Below are positions 63,383 through 64,000 of a DNA stretch of 64,000 nucleotides, one piece after another. The notes beneath the pieces are model-generated. The model was not told the origin of the DNA and searched no databases. It saw nothing but the letters and a program-made list of their open reading frames with translations. Position 1 is the stretch's first letter, and each line of letters opens with the position of its first letter. The position numbers and the translations under genes are program-made. Origin of the DNA: a virus; the IMG/VR virus record IMGVR_UViG_2922401287_000005, positions 29,641 to 93,640 of that record. One strand, written 5' to 3'.

Positions 63383-64000
63383 ATGGACATGATTGCGGAC
63401 GGCCGCAGGCGGACAGGCAGCAGTCGCCTGAAGAACCCGCCGCCGGAAAACTCGATTCGCTACTACAGACAGCGCAAGGGATTGACGCTGAAGGAGGTTG
63501 CGACTCTCCTCGGCACCACCCACCAGACCATCCAGCGACTCGAGGAGCTCAATCAGGTTCTTACCCCGGACTGGGCAATGCGAATCGGTTCGGTGCTTGG
63601 CGGTATTCCCGGCGCCCTGATCGCCTATTCAGACGACGAGGACGCCTACCCGTGGGCCGCGAGGCCCATCCCGGTGATGGGGGTGATCGACGAGCGCCGG
63701 CAAATCGAGCTCCAGCAGGAGCCGCTTTACCGCGTAGGTCTGACCAACAGGCCGACCGGCACGGTTGCGATCGAGGTGCGCGACAGGACCATGCTGCTCG
63801 ATGGCTGGCTCCTCCTCTACGACGACACCCAGGCCGAGCCGATCACCGATGACATCATCGCGCGGCAGGCCAACAACGAACGATTCGTCTGCCGCCTGAC
63901 CGACGGCACCGTCTGGGTGCGCCGAATCGTGCCTGCTGCGAACGGTCTGCACCACCTCGAAACCGACCACGCGCCGCCGATCTACGACGCGCACGTCAAA
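63383..64000 (+). CDS. CI-like repressor (XRE HTH + S24-like domain), partial
   Basis: IRYYRQRKGLTLKEVATLLGTTHQTIQRLE; PIPVMGVI...AIEVRDRTM...VRRI; open to the edge; missing from the ORF track. Confidence 0.85.
   Translation, partial: MDMIADGRRRTGSSRLKNPPPENSIRYYRQRKGLTLKEVATLLGTTHQTIQRLEELNQVLTPDWAMRIGSVLGGIPGALIAYSDDEDAYPWAARPIPVMGVIDERRQIELQQEPLYRVGLTNRPTGTVAIEVRDRTMLLDGWLLLYDDTQAEPITDDIIARQANNERFVCRLTDGTVWVRRIVPAANGLHHLETDHAPPIYDAHVK

Noticed and set aside
577-63994. Many long Arg/Ala/Pro-rich ORFs antisense or out of frame to real genes (for example 1575-3284, 3882-5426, 8858-10516, 37095-38990, 40928-42793, 49181-50680)
   Set aside because: Shadow ORFs caused by high GC3; no RBS or motifs, and they overlap well-supported genes
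1-64000. Prophage att sites or integrase
   Set aside because: None visible; tRNA-Phe is full-length and internal with no duplicated 3' end; the element continues past both edges

Overview
The whole window looks like part of one large temperate-phage (prophage) genome from a high-GC alphaproteobacterium, probably Hyphomicrobiales (gcrA, Bradyrhizobium-like IS elements). It continues past both edges, and no integrase or att site is visible. Layout: (1) 1-12.6 kb, minus strand: head and packaging module (virion proteins, major capsid, a Nudix/Acb1-like/prohead protease-scaffold fusion, SGNH hydrolase, portal, terminase). (2) 12.7-28 kb, minus strand: a long run of small accessory genes with a PP-loop protein, a kinase, tRNA-Phe and several structured non-coding stretches. 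(3) 28.4-29.6 kb: GC-palindrome-rich divergent control region. (4) 29.6-46.8 kb, plus strand: an accessory operon in which most intergenic gaps carry the same hairpin-plus-RBS element (variable stem, TTCGCAG loop, then AAGGAGACC). (5) 46.8-53.7 kb: an IS1182 and a cargo-carrying IS1-family element (toxin/antitoxin/third-gene module) with a nested IS1380. (6) 53.7-63.2 kb, minus strand: replication and nucleotide-metabolism operon (thyX, phosphatase, primase-helicase, RuvC-like, gcrA, cro) with a divergent cI-like repressor at the right edge. Strongest candidates for new biology: the covarying TTCGCAG hairpin cassette array, the Nudix-Acb1-protease fusion, three GGGA hairpins at exact 48-nt spacing in the capsid leader, the TAC-like module in the IS1 cargo, and a HEPN gene inserted into codon 2 of a methyltransferase. 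Family names come from motif recognition by eye; no database search was run.
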